Assembly: GCA_963702845.1 (NCBI GenBank)
Contig: OY969763.1
Coordinates: 288,001 to 352,000 of the forward strand
From: an uncultured Verrucomicrobiae bacterium
GTDB taxonomy: Bacteria > Verrucomicrobiota > Verrucomicrobiia > Limisphaerales > Palsa-1400
Direction of reading: 5' to 3'
Length of the DNA stretch: 64,000 nt
Shown here: positions 19,791 through 28,900 of the stretch, in pieces
Layout of the letters: every line of letters starts with the position of its first letter
Numbering within the stretch: position 1 is the stretch's first letter
Translations under genes and position numbers: made by a program
The notes under the pieces: model-generated
Seen by the model: the letters and a program-made list of their open reading frames with translations, nothing else
Database searches by the model: none
What the model was told of the DNA's origin: nothing

Positions 19791-21629
19791 GTGTCCGATT
19801 TCCTCCTAAGCTTCGACTCTGCGCCACAACAGGCACCATTGCTTCGCCTGTTGCAGCAGCCATATGGCGATCATCCGCCGGTTGGGCGCGTGTTGCCCTT
19901 GAAAATGGGTGGCGCGCTCGGAGTTCTCGAAGACAAAATCGCGCATGGACGCAACCTTCTTTCTCGCGGGACCCTCACGCTCGCCTGGGTCGGGGACCTT
20001 GTCTCGCCTCCGGGCCACAGCCTCGAAAAAGCGTTCAGTCGTTTGGCTCCAGCAGCTCGTCCCGAAGAATTGAAGGAGATGCTGCGGAACTCCGGTCTCC
20101 TCGAGTCGTTGGGCGGCGCATTCGCTGCTGTCCTCGCCAGTGACGAGTGTGTTGCTCTCATCACTGATCCACTTGGTAGTGTTCAGGTTTATATCGGCTC
20201 AACGCCGGATGGAAAAATTGTTGCCGCGGGCACTCACGCGGACCTCGTTGCGGCTGTGACCGGTGTCGACTCGATCGATCCCGCTTCGGTTTGCGATTTC
20301 ATGAACGCCGGCATCGCCTGTTGCCCGCACACCATTCACCGGCACGTGCGTGAACTCGCGCCTGGAACCGTTGCGCTGTTCAGTCGCCAACCTGACCATG
20401 CGATTCGCTGTGAGGAATTTCAATATTGGGTTCCGCCTTCCGAGCTCACTGGACGGATCGATCAGGAAGAACTTACCCGGGAGTTTGTCGCTCGTTGGAA
20501 AAATGCGGTCCATGCTCGCTGCGATGGTAACCTGCTCGGCATTCAATTGAGCGGTGGTCTGGATTCGCGCATGGTCATGGCAACGATTCCGCGCGAGAAA
20601 ACCGCCATCGGATTAACCCTTTGCGACCAGATCAACCGCGAGGCCCGCATCGCCCGCACTGTAGCTCAATGTTATAACCGCGAATGGCGAACCCTTCAGC
20701 GTGACCCGGAATATTTGGGCCGGACCGCCCTGGATTCGATTCGTCTCATGGGCTGCGAGGGCGAATGGCAACATGCGCACTGCCTCGGGTTCGCCGAATC
20801 GATTCGTAGCATGGGGGTCGACACCGTGTTCAGCGGCCTCTACATGGACAATAATTTCAAAGGATATTACGCAAAGGACATCGTGCGCATCGGTCGCCTC
20901 GGCGGCTTGCTCCCGGCGGTATACAAATCCGTTTCACTGGATTACATCGATCAAATCAGCCCGTTTTGCCGCGAAAAAGTTAAAACAGATTTCTTGGACG
21001 AGTCTCTGGCGCGACGCAAACGATTTTATGCCGGGCACTTCGCTCGGAACCGTTCGAGTCAATGGGAATGGCTGGATGGCTACCCCAATTCACAAGCCAG
21101 CGACAATACCGGTTGGGTCGCTGAACGGCGCGTCATGCGTTTGCGCCTGCCAGTCATGGATCGACCGCTCGTAGAACTGGCCTTCCAAATCCCGGCGACA
21201 ATGAAAGCCGACGGACAGTTCTTCGAAAAGGCTGTGGCCCGCGCGCTCGGGCCGGGGTGTCGCATCCCCAATGCGAACGACGGTGTCCGTCCCGGCAGTG
21301 GCCACTGGTCGCGCCTGGCCCAACGGACAATTCGCAAACTCCAAAACAAAAAGCGGAATACGTTGGCGCGTTTGGGTGCCAAAGTTGAAGTGCCGCACTC
21401 GTGGCACGATTTCCAGACCTACTGGCGTGAAAGCGCCACCCTCGACCAATTGCGCCGCGACCACGGTCACAATTTGCAGGACTTTCTAGAAGTATTTAAA
21501 CACGACCCTTTACCACAGCTTCACGACAAGAATCTTAATTGCCAGTTTGGCTATCGTTTTCTGCAATTGGCCGTGTGGCGTTCTGTTATGAAACAATACC
21601 GTGCCGTCGCTGCGGGTCGCTCTCTTTAA
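19791..21629 (+). CDS. Second asparagine synthetase-like amide ligase, lacking the N-terminal Cys
   Basis: LGGAFA, ITDPLG and LSGGLDSR; begins MSDF; shares IPxxNxG and SWxxW/F segments with 6267..8093. Confidence 0.8.
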   Translation: MSDFLLSFDSAPQQAPLLRLLQQPYGDHPPVGRVLPLKMGGALGVLEDKIAHGRNLLSRGTLTLAWVGDLVSPPGHSLEKAFSRLAPAARPEELKEMLRNSGLLESLGGAFAAVLASDECVALITDPLGSVQVYIGSTPDGKIVAAGTHADLVAAVTGVDSIDPASVCDFMNAGIACCPHTIHRHVRELAPGTVALFSRQPDHAIRCEEFQYWVPPSELTGRIDQEELTREFVARWKNAVHARCDGNLLGIQLSGGLDSRMVMATIPREKTAIGLTLCDQINREARIARTVAQCYNREWRTLQRDPEYLGRTALDSIRLMGCEGEWQHAHCLGFAESIRSMGVDTVFSGLYMDNNFKGYYAKDIVRIGRLGGLLPAVYKSVSLDYIDQISPFCREKVKTDFLDESLARRKRFYAGHFARNRSSQWEWLDGYPNSQASDNTGWVAERRVMRLRLPVMDRPLVELAFQIPATMKADGQFFEKAVARALGPGCRIPNANDGVRPGSGHWSRLAQRTIRKLQNKKRNTLARLGAKVEVPHSWHDFQTYWRESATLDQLRRDHGHNLQDFLEVFKHDPLPQLHDKNLNCQFGYRFLQLAVWRSVMKQYRAVAAGRSL

Positions 21630-21635
21630 TCAACC

Positions 21636-22340
21636 GTGAAAAATCCCTCGCAGAACTCCAAAACGGACGTCTATTACAATCGCGATCGTCCTTCAATCCA
21701 GGCGCTGGTCAAAACCGGACCGAACCGCGTTTTAGACCTCGGCTGTGGTTCCGGCGCTGTCGGAAAACGTCTGAAAGAGCAGGGGAAAACTGCTGAATTG
21801 ATCGGCGTTGAACTGTTCGAGGATGCCGCCGCTCAAGCTTCGCGTGTGTATGACAAAGTATTTACCGGCGACATAGAAATTCTCGATCTGCCGTATCAGG
21901 CACACTTCGACTACATCATCTGCGGCGATATTCTCGAACATCTCAAAGACCCATATTCGGTCGTTCGCCGTATTGCCGGCTGGTTAAAACCAGATGGCCA
22001 GTTCATCTGCAGTCTGCCGAATGTTAGACATTGGCCAGTAACTGCGAACCTGATCTTTCGGGGTGCCTGGGACTACCGTGATGCGGGCGTCATGGATCGC
22101 ACACACCTTCGGTTCTTCACCCGCCGTTCGTGCTTTGCCATGTTGCAGGACGCTGGATTCGAGGTCATTCAAAGTCGAATGCTCATTTTTGGTAGAAAGT
22201 ATCAACTTCTCAATGGTTTGACCTTTAACCTGTTTGACGAATTTCTCGGTTCGCAAATCGTCGCTCTGGCTAAAAAACATCCGGCATCAAACGTCAACCG
22301 ATTCGAAAAAAGCGTAACACCTGGAAACCCAAGGGCCTGA
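21636..22340 (+). CDS. Class I SAM-dependent methyltransferase (Methyltransf_23-like)
   Basis: VLDLGCGSG, DILEHL, SLPNV and DRTHLRFFT motifs. Confidence 0.88.
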   Translation: MKNPSQNSKTDVYYNRDRPSIQALVKTGPNRVLDLGCGSGAVGKRLKEQGKTAELIGVELFEDAAAQASRVYDKVFTGDIEILDLPYQAHFDYIICGDILEHLKDPYSVVRRIAGWLKPDGQFICSLPNVRHWPVTANLIFRGAWDYRDAGVMDRTHLRFFTRRSCFAMLQDAGFEVIQSRMLIFGRKYQLLNGLTFNLFDEFLGSQIVALAKKHPASNVNRFEKSVTPGNPRA

Positions 22341-22403
22341 CCGGTCAGGCCTGCGATTGGTTTCTTTCGTAACCTGAAACAGTAACATCATTCGAGGTTA
22401 GTT

Positions 22404-24137
22404 ATGCATAAGTCCTTATCAATAACGCTTGTTGGTTTCGCATTGTCTGTGTCGACGATGTTCGGCGCCGCTCCGGAAATCCTCTCGTCCAGCCCAGCCA
22501 TTGGTTTCATCTGGACGAACCCGGTTTCGGGCAATTTGTCCATCATTGAGCAGCGCACCAATCTCTCCACGGGCGCTTGGACGCCGTTTTTCTACGACAC
22601 TGGGAGTAACGGCCTCCGCACGACTGCAGCTCCGATCTCGCCGTCAAACACGGCATTCTATCGCATCGGCGTTCAGACGAACATCCCCGACCCTTCCCTG
22701 ATCATGCACCTGCCTTTCGACAACGCATTCTCAAATGGCGTCGTGCTCGACATCTCCGGACATGGCAACAATGGATTACGATACGGCAAACCCTGCTGCC
22801 CCACTAACTGGCCAACGTCTACCGTTGGCCCCGATGGCAGCCAGGCGGCGGAGTTCCATTGGTACATTGACGGTTGGGGGCTCTACGGAAAATCAGGGGA
22901 CTATGTGGGTATCCCTTACTCGCCATCTTTCACCAATCTTACACAGGCGACCATTTGCGCATGGGTGCATTATTACACCGCGATGTATAATGACATCAAC
23001 AATGACCATAACGACAGCATTCTCGATACCGGCCAGGATGTGGCCGGCACTTTCAATCTTGGGCGTGCCTATTCGGATCATACCTCATTCAACACCTATG
23101 TTGGCCCAGGCAACCAGGTGCAAATAATCGACTTTCCGGATGTCGCGCCCACTGGTGACACCGGCGGCTGGCATTATTACTCCATCACGTTTAGCAACGG
23201 ACTCGTAAAAGGATATTTCGACGGCAAGCTATTTCAGACCACCAGTGTCCCCGTAGCCGCACTGACAATGGCAGGATATTATATCGGTATTGCCGGATGG
23301 ACCTTCAACGGAACTCCACAAATGGATTTGTCAGTGGATGAGTATCCAAATAATGCCTGGATTAACGGGGCTGTCGATGACGTGCGCATTTACAATCGCG
23401 CTTTGGATGATGCTGAAATCAACGCGTTATACATAAGCTTCGATAAGGCAACGCCATCCCCTCCGTTTAACGTTACAGCTTCGCCGGCCTCCAGCAGTCA
23501 GGTGGTTCTTCATTGGTCGTCGGACAGCGGTACGTTCCCGATTGCAGGATACGTCTTACGCCGCAACGGCACTGTTATTGGCACTTCGCCCAACGCGATG
23601 TTTTTCGATAGTGGCCTCGCCGCTCAATCGACTAATTCTTATACAGTGCAGTGCTTCGACGTTGGCGGGCACTATTCTACCGAGTCTGAGATTGTGACAA
23701 CCACCACGTTTCCAAGTGGCGTCGACATTGTCCTTGATGATGCGGACCTGGCTCCCTGGGTCACTAAGGTCGGAGCATGGAACGTCTATGCCACCCAGCC
23801 CGGCTATTACGGCAGTGGATTTCTAAGCAGTGACAAGGTTGCTGGAAAGACTATCACCATTCGACCTCCTTTGCCGGAAAGTGGAACATACAGCGTTTAC
23901 ATGCGCTATCCTGGTACATCCAGTATCGGCAGTGTGCTTTCCAGCGCAGTTCCAGTCGACATCGTGCATGGTGGAACAACTAATACAGTGATCGTCAACG
24001 AACAGAGTGGATTCGGAATATGGAAGTTGCTTGGCCAGTTTCAATTGTCCGCGGGCACAAACGACTTCGTCCAGCTACGAACCGACGGAACCGACGGTTA
24101 TTACGTTTTTGCAGACGCATTTCTGTTTATCAAATGA
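22404..24137 (+). CDS. Secreted LamG + fibronectin type III + golvesin/Xly-CBD-like protein
   Basis: Signal peptide; LamG ending INGAVDDVRIYNRAL; FN3 (PSPPFNVTA...YTVQCFD); C-terminal GTYSVY...WKLLGQF...ADAFLF. Confidence 0.72.
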   Translation: MHKSLSITLVGFALSVSTMFGAAPEILSSSPAIGFIWTNPVSGNLSIIEQRTNLSTGAWTPFFYDTGSNGLRTTAAPISPSNTAFYRIGVQTNIPDPSLIMHLPFDNAFSNGVVLDISGHGNNGLRYGKPCCPTNWPTSTVGPDGSQAAEFHWYIDGWGLYGKSGDYVGIPYSPSFTNLTQATICAWVHYYTAMYNDINNDHNDSILDTGQDVAGTFNLGRAYSDHTSFNTYVGPGNQVQIIDFPDVAPTGDTGGWHYYSITFSNGLVKGYFDGKLFQTTSVPVAALTMAGYYIGIAGWTFNGTPQMDLSVDEYPNNAWINGAVDDVRIYNRALDDAEINALYISFDKATPSPPFNVTASPASSSQVVLHWSSDSGTFPIAGYVLRRNGTVIGTSPNAMFFDSGLAAQSTNSYTVQCFDVGGHYSTESEIVTTTTFPSGVDIVLDDADLAPWVTKVGAWNVYATQPGYYGSGFLSSDKVAGKTITIRPPLPESGTYSVYMRYPGTSSIGSVLSSAVPVDIVHGGTTNTVIVNEQSGFGIWKLLGQFQLSAGTNDFVQLRTDGTDGYYVFADAFLFIK

Positions 24138-24194
24138 GGAAAATCATCTCGGCCCCTCTGCTGATGCCCTTCGCGCGGCATCCCCGTTTTATCC

Positions 24195-25592
24195 GTGGCT
24201 ATTAACATTGTCATCATCTGCTTCGTCGCGCTCGCGGTTCAGTTTTTCCTCCGGCGGGACTTTGACAAGGGTGTGGCGGCAGCCGTTTTCTTTTTGGTTC
24301 TTTTGCCGCGCGAGATCGGTATCCCATTGCCCGGTGCGTTGCCCGAACTAACAGGTCATCGGGTCGTTCTTTTGGTATTCCTGTTTAATGTGATGCCGCG
24401 CTTGCGTTGGGCGAACCTGGCGCCGGTTTCATCGATCGTCCTGTTGCTCTGCCTTGAAGGCGCATGCCGATTGCTTTCGACCTTCACTGCAGTGGATGCG
24501 GCCGCGAGTATAAAAACGGTGATCGACTATTGGATTGAGACGGTCTTGTTCGTCGTGATCATGCTAAGCGTTTTGAAGGAGCGCCGGACGATCCAATTCG
24601 TCGCCTGGAGCAGCCTCTTCGCCTTGGTGATCATCGCCGCATTAGGAACGATCGAGAAATACACTGGAAGAAATCTCGTCGCAGAAATCGTTCCTGACAT
24701 GGTCAAGCAGTCTGATGGTGTCTCCGCTACGTTTCGGCACCGGATTCTTTTCGGCTACGCGATGGCGATGGGATTTCCGATTGCCTTGGCCTTGCGAAAT
24801 ACTGGCGAGGGGCGGTGGAAGCGCTGGTTGCCTAAGATCGGGGTTCTTCTGTTGCTCGCTGCCTCTTATTATAGCGGAAGTCGCGGCCCTTGGGTCGGTT
24901 GCGCGTTGGGCGGTATAGTGTTGGCGTTCACCGCAGGCCGATCAATGCGACGGAAACTTACCTTTCTCGCCATCATCGGGGTTCTGTTGCTAGCCAGTCG
25001 ACCAGGTGTTTACGATACGATTTCAAGTCTTTGGGGTCAGAGCTTTGACGAGAACACCGTCAAAGGAAAGTCCACCGATTATCGTCGTCTGTTATGGCAC
25101 ATCGCCTACGAAGAATTGACCAAATCGGCCGATCACGCAGTGTTCGGGTACGGAGGGCACAGCACGGAACTGTTGGACGTAAGTGCCTACTTCGATGCCG
25201 GAGCGGGAGGGACCACTGAGGGATTAGGCCATACTAGCTGGGACAGCCAATTGGCCTCCGATTTCATGCAATTTGGATTCCTCGGGTTTGGAGTTGAGCT
25301 GCTCCTTTATTTTGCGATTTTCAAAGTCTTTCGCCGTGCCTGTCTTAATGTTAGGGACGGGCCTGATCGAGAATTTATCGGCGCATGTTGCGCCGTCGCA
25401 GTCATCTTCTTTTGGGCGATGACAACGGTGGCCATCTTTAATCCGCAATTATACTTCTTATTTTGGGTATTCGTTGCGATTGCCGCCCGCTTTTACACCG
25501 CAACTGACGATACTGAAGATAACATCAGCGATTTTTCCGAGACTGATCCGATAAAACCAGTGTTTAGCACCGCGGCCTTGCATGCGGAATAG
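24195..25592 (+). CDS. O-antigen ligase/polymerase (Wzy_C) family membrane protein
   Basis: Many TM segments; ATFRHRILFG, SGSRGPW, YRRLLW and VFGYG motifs; position in a Wzx locus. Confidence 0.8.
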   Translation: MAINIVIICFVALAVQFFLRRDFDKGVAAAVFFLVLLPREIGIPLPGALPELTGHRVVLLVFLFNVMPRLRWANLAPVSSIVLLLCLEGACRLLSTFTAVDAAASIKTVIDYWIETVLFVVIMLSVLKERRTIQFVAWSSLFALVIIAALGTIEKYTGRNLVAEIVPDMVKQSDGVSATFRHRILFGYAMAMGFPIALALRNTGEGRWKRWLPKIGVLLLLAASYYSGSRGPWVGCALGGIVLAFTAGRSMRRKLTFLAIIGVLLLASRPGVYDTISSLWGQSFDENTVKGKSTDYRRLLWHIAYEELTKSADHAVFGYGGHSTELLDVSAYFDAGAGGTTEGLGHTSWDSQLASDFMQFGFLGFGVELLLYFAIFKVFRRACLNVRDGPDREFIGACCAVAVIFFWAMTTVAIFNPQLYFLFWVFVAIAARFYTATDDTEDNISDFSETDPIKPVFSTAALHAE

Positions 25593-25613
25593 AACCACCT
25601 CCCAAACTAGCCT

Positions 25614-26894
25614 ATGACAACGAACAGTTTGATATTTGATCGCCGCGAATCCGAAGTCCGTTCCTACTGTCGCGCCTTCCCGGCCGTTTTCAACAAAGCG
25701 CAAGGCGCTTTCCTCTACGACGAAGCCGGCACTCGCTACCTGGACTTCTTCGCCGGTGCCGGGACGCTCAATTACGGCCACAATAATCCTGCAATCAAAA
25801 AAGCCGTCATCGACTACCTCGAGCGTGACGGCATTGTCCATGCACTCGATTTGTGGACCGGCGCGAAACGTGCCCTTCTCGAAGCATTCGAGACCAACAT
25901 CCTCAATCCACGTAATCTCGATTATAAGATCCAGTTCACAGGCCCCACCGGCACCAATGCCGTTGAAGCCGCTCTCAAGCTTGCGCGCAAAGCAAAGAAT
26001 CGCTCCAACATCGTCGCCTTCACCAACGGTTACCATGGCCTTTCCGGAAACGCGCTTTCCACCACCGGCAATCGCCACTTCCGCACGGAAGCATTCGTTA
26101 ACCGGCTCGACGTTTCGTTCCTGCCTTTTGACGGCTATTGCGGTGACGGCTTCGATTCGTTGAAATATTTCCAACGGTTGATCGAGGACAACAGTAGCGG
26201 CCTCGATCTCCCTGCCGCTGTCATCCTCGAAACCATCCAGGCCGAAGGCGGAATCAATATTGCCCGCAAAGAGTGGCTCCAGGGCCTCGAAGCGCTCTGC
26301 CGCAAACACGATATTCTGTTGATCGTCGACGACATCCAGGTTGGCAACGGTCGCACGGGCGATTTCTTCAGCTTCGAATTCGCCGGCATCCGTCCCGACC
26401 TCGTCACGGTCTCAAAAGCCATCGGCGGCTTGGGTCTTCCGATGTCACTTGTCTTGATCAACCCAAAGATCGATCTCTGGAAACCAGCGGAGCACACCGG
26501 CACCTTCCGGGGAAATAACCTCGCTTTCGTCGCCGCCACCGCGGCATTGCAGTATTGGCAAAACAACGAATTTTCCAACGAGATAAAGCGCAAAGGAGAG
26601 CTGTTGCGCTCCTTGCTCGAAGCCGTCAAAGACAAATTCCCGTCACTCGATTGCAAAGTGCGCGGACGCGGCCTCATTTACGGCCTCGAAATCCCGCAGC
26701 CCGGCTTCGCCAAATTGGTTTCCCGCGAAGCGTTCCAGCGAAAGCTTATTATCGAGCTGGCAGGTGCCGACGATCAAGTGGTGAAATTCCTCCCGCCGCT
26801 GATAACTGACGATCAATCCCTGCGCGATGGCGTGCAGATCGTTGATCAAAGTATTGCTGCAATCCTCAAGGGTGCGATTAAAGCCGGTGGTTGA
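25614..26894 (+). CDS. ectB: Diaminobutyrate--2-oxoglutarate transaminase
   Basis: ESEVRSYCR, DFFAGAGTLNYGHN, GPTGTNAVEAALKLARK, VDDIQVGNGRTG and EHTGTFRGNN motifs. Confidence 0.93.
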   Translation: MTTNSLIFDRRESEVRSYCRAFPAVFNKAQGAFLYDEAGTRYLDFFAGAGTLNYGHNNPAIKKAVIDYLERDGIVHALDLWTGAKRALLEAFETNILNPRNLDYKIQFTGPTGTNAVEAALKLARKAKNRSNIVAFTNGYHGLSGNALSTTGNRHFRTEAFVNRLDVSFLPFDGYCGDGFDSLKYFQRLIEDNSSGLDLPAAVILETIQAEGGINIARKEWLQGLEALCRKHDILLIVDDIQVGNGRTGDFFSFEFAGIRPDLVTVSKAIGGLGLPMSLVLINPKIDLWKPAEHTGTFRGNNLAFVAATAALQYWQNNEFSNEIKRKGELLRSLLEAVKDKFPSLDCKVRGRGLIYGLEIPQPGFAKLVSREAFQRKLIIELAGADDQVVKFLPPLITDDQSLRDGVQIVDQSIAAILKGAIKAGG

Positions 26895-27006
26895 TTGGAA
26901 TGGATTTGGGCCGATGCAATGACGTGGATCCAACGCCCGGACACTTGACTCTGCCGCTTCACAGGCCCAGCATCCTCAAAAATGAGACATTGTGAAAGCA
27001 ATTCTC

Positions 27007-27046
27007 CCTTAATCGCGCCAGTGTCAAAAGCAATTTCCTATCAGTA
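27007..27046. repeat. 40-bp direct repeat, copy 1 (left of methyltransferase)
   Basis: CCTTAATCGCGCCAGTGTCAAAAGCAATTTCCTATCAGTA; 36/40 identical to 27870..27909. Confidence 0.9.
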
Positions 27047-27079
27047 AAGAATCTTGGGACGTTTACGAGTGCAACTTCT

Positions 27080-27799
27080 ATGAATTCCGTCGAATTAAAC
27101 GCCCCGCCGCATGCCGTTGCAAATGCGCCCTGGATGCGCCGCATTCGATCGTCGCGATGGGTGGCGGCGGCCGTAAAGGCTGTGCGGCTCATTGCGACTG
27201 GCAAGACGCGTCTTTTAATCGCCGTGCCATGCTACCGTCTATGGTGGCAACTGCGCGGCTTGGATTTTGGCGTTGTGTCGATCGAGGACTTAGGACTCGC
27301 GGCGGACCGTGCCAGCCAGCACATGGACGGCGGCGGACCGCTCTTGGCCGATTTACTTCGTCAATTGAACATCTCGGCGGACGACACGGTGCTCGACCTG
27401 GGTTCCGGCAAAGGGGGCGCGATGGCCACGCTGGCTCAGTTCCCGTTTCAGCAAGTGGACGGCGTTGAGATTTGCCTGCCATTGGCCGAGGCAGCGCGGC
27501 GCAATTTGGCGAAACTGAAACTGACCAACTGCCGCGTAATTGCGGCCGACGCGACAACGCTGACGGACCTCGAACGCTACACCTACATCTTTATGTATAA
27601 CCCGTTTCCGGAGCCGGTTCTGCGGACCGTGCTGGCCAATATTGTCGCGTCGTTGCGCCGCGCGCCGCGCCGGATGCGGCTCATTTACAGCAACCCGCTC
27701 TGCGAAAAAGAAATTCTGGCCTCCGGCAGCTTCAAGAAAGCGCTGGTGTATCAGCCCTATCCGGAGTATCAGATCGCCGTTTACGACCACGAGCGGTGA
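27080..27799 (+). CDS. Class I SAM-dependent methyltransferase
   Basis: VLDLGSGKG, GVE, ADAT, YNPF and YSNP motifs. Confidence 0.85.
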   Translation: MNSVELNAPPHAVANAPWMRRIRSSRWVAAAVKAVRLIATGKTRLLIAVPCYRLWWQLRGLDFGVVSIEDLGLAADRASQHMDGGGPLLADLLRQLNISADDTVLDLGSGKGGAMATLAQFPFQQVDGVEICLPLAEAARRNLAKLKLTNCRVIAADATTLTDLERYTYIFMYNPFPEPVLRTVLANIVASLRRAPRRMRLIYSNPLCEKEILASGSFKKALVYQPYPEYQIAVYDHER

Positions 27800-27869
27800 C
27801 GCACGGATAGTAACCGCGTCTACTGCTTATCGGTTGGCGCGGCGTCTGCCCCATCGGCCTGCTTCGCGT

Positions 27870-27909
27870 CCTTAACCGCGCCAGCGTCAAAAGTAATTTC
27901 CAATCAGTA
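27870..27909. repeat. 40-bp direct repeat, copy 2 (right of methyltransferase)
   Basis: CCTTAACCGCGCCAGCGTCAAAAGTAATTTCCAATCAGTA. Confidence 0.9.
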
Positions 27910-27956
27910 TCAGCAACTAATTTCCGCGTCGAAGCCCATTCTTACGTAACTCCCCC

Positions 27957-28820
27957 ATGATCTCGCTGTGGCAGCCAATGACCGTTGCAGAATTCGCTGA
28001 TTTTGAGCGCATTCTTGACCCGCAAATCATCAGTGCCAATGGCAACCACTGGCGACGAGTTCGCCCGTTCTTCTTTCGCCCCATATTGCCTTATCGCGAA
28101 TATTCGGCGAATTCGCTGCGACCACCCTGGCAATGCACTATCGGCGGCTTCCAACACGCATTGCCAACAGAGACCGGTTCCAATTCCATTCTTGCTTGCC
28201 TGCTCTTCCAGGACGTGCCGATCTATTCACTCAATTCGTTGGATTACAATCGCAAGCGCCAGGTCAAAATCGCCGCGAAGAATTTTACGATCCGGCCCAT
28301 GACCGATGTTGCCGAGTTCAAGAACAAAGCTTATCCCGTCTATCTGTCGTTTTATCAACGGACGCAATACCAGTACGGCGCTGACCGGTGCGCGCGCCCT
28401 TTCTTTGAAAAGTGGGCCGACTCGCTTTTTGCCGCGCCCAAAGCGTTGGTTCTGGGCGCATGGAAAGATGACTGCCTCGGCGGCGTCAGCATCAGTCAAC
28501 TGGTGGAAGATACCCTGCATTATTCCACCTTCTTTTGTGACGAAGAATCGTTGCGTTTGAATGTGTCCGATTTGATGCTGCATTTCATTCGTGAAAACAT
28601 CGCCGGGTATCCGGGCGTAACTTCTGTATTCGCTGGAATGTACAAAGGCGGCAATGGCCTCGATTCCTTTTACCTCCTTAGAGGCGGCAAGCTCGTCCGC
28701 AAACCAGCCGCACTGCATCTTAGTCCAATGGCCAAAGTATGTTTGCAGTATTTGCTCTCTCGGCAGTACGCCTTACTTCAAGGCAAACCCGAAAATGTTG
28801 CCGCCCAAGGCGCGGCGTAA
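27957..28820 (+). CDS. Hypothetical protein, probably GNAT/FemAB-like acyltransferase fold
   Basis: LNSLDYNRKRQVKIA, RPFFEK, SDLMLHFI and GLDSFYLLRG resemble the Acetyltransf_6/FemAB pattern; weak. Confidence 0.5.
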   Translation: MISLWQPMTVAEFADFERILDPQIISANGNHWRRVRPFFFRPILPYREYSANSLRPPWQCTIGGFQHALPTETGSNSILACLLFQDVPIYSLNSLDYNRKRQVKIAAKNFTIRPMTDVAEFKNKAYPVYLSFYQRTQYQYGADRCARPFFEKWADSLFAAPKALVLGAWKDDCLGGVSISQLVEDTLHYSTFFCDEESLRLNVSDLMLHFIRENIAGYPGVTSVFAGMYKGGNGLDSFYLLRGGKLVRKPAALHLSPMAKVCLQYLLSRQYALLQGKPENVAAQGAA

Positions 28821-28900
28821 ATTGCGGGCCTGTGTCGGTTACGCTGTTGACACACCCACCACTTAATCACACCCAATCCTCAACCCGCTAAGTGCCGTTA

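Noticed and set aside
6267..21629. Lasso peptide cluster (Cys-less AsnB-like cyclases)
   Set aside because: No precursor peptide, B-protein peptidase or RRE seen; the context is glycan synthesis.
25614..26894. Ectoine biosynthesis operon
   Set aside because: No ectA, ectC or ask adjacent; 27957 does not resemble the ~160-aa EctA.
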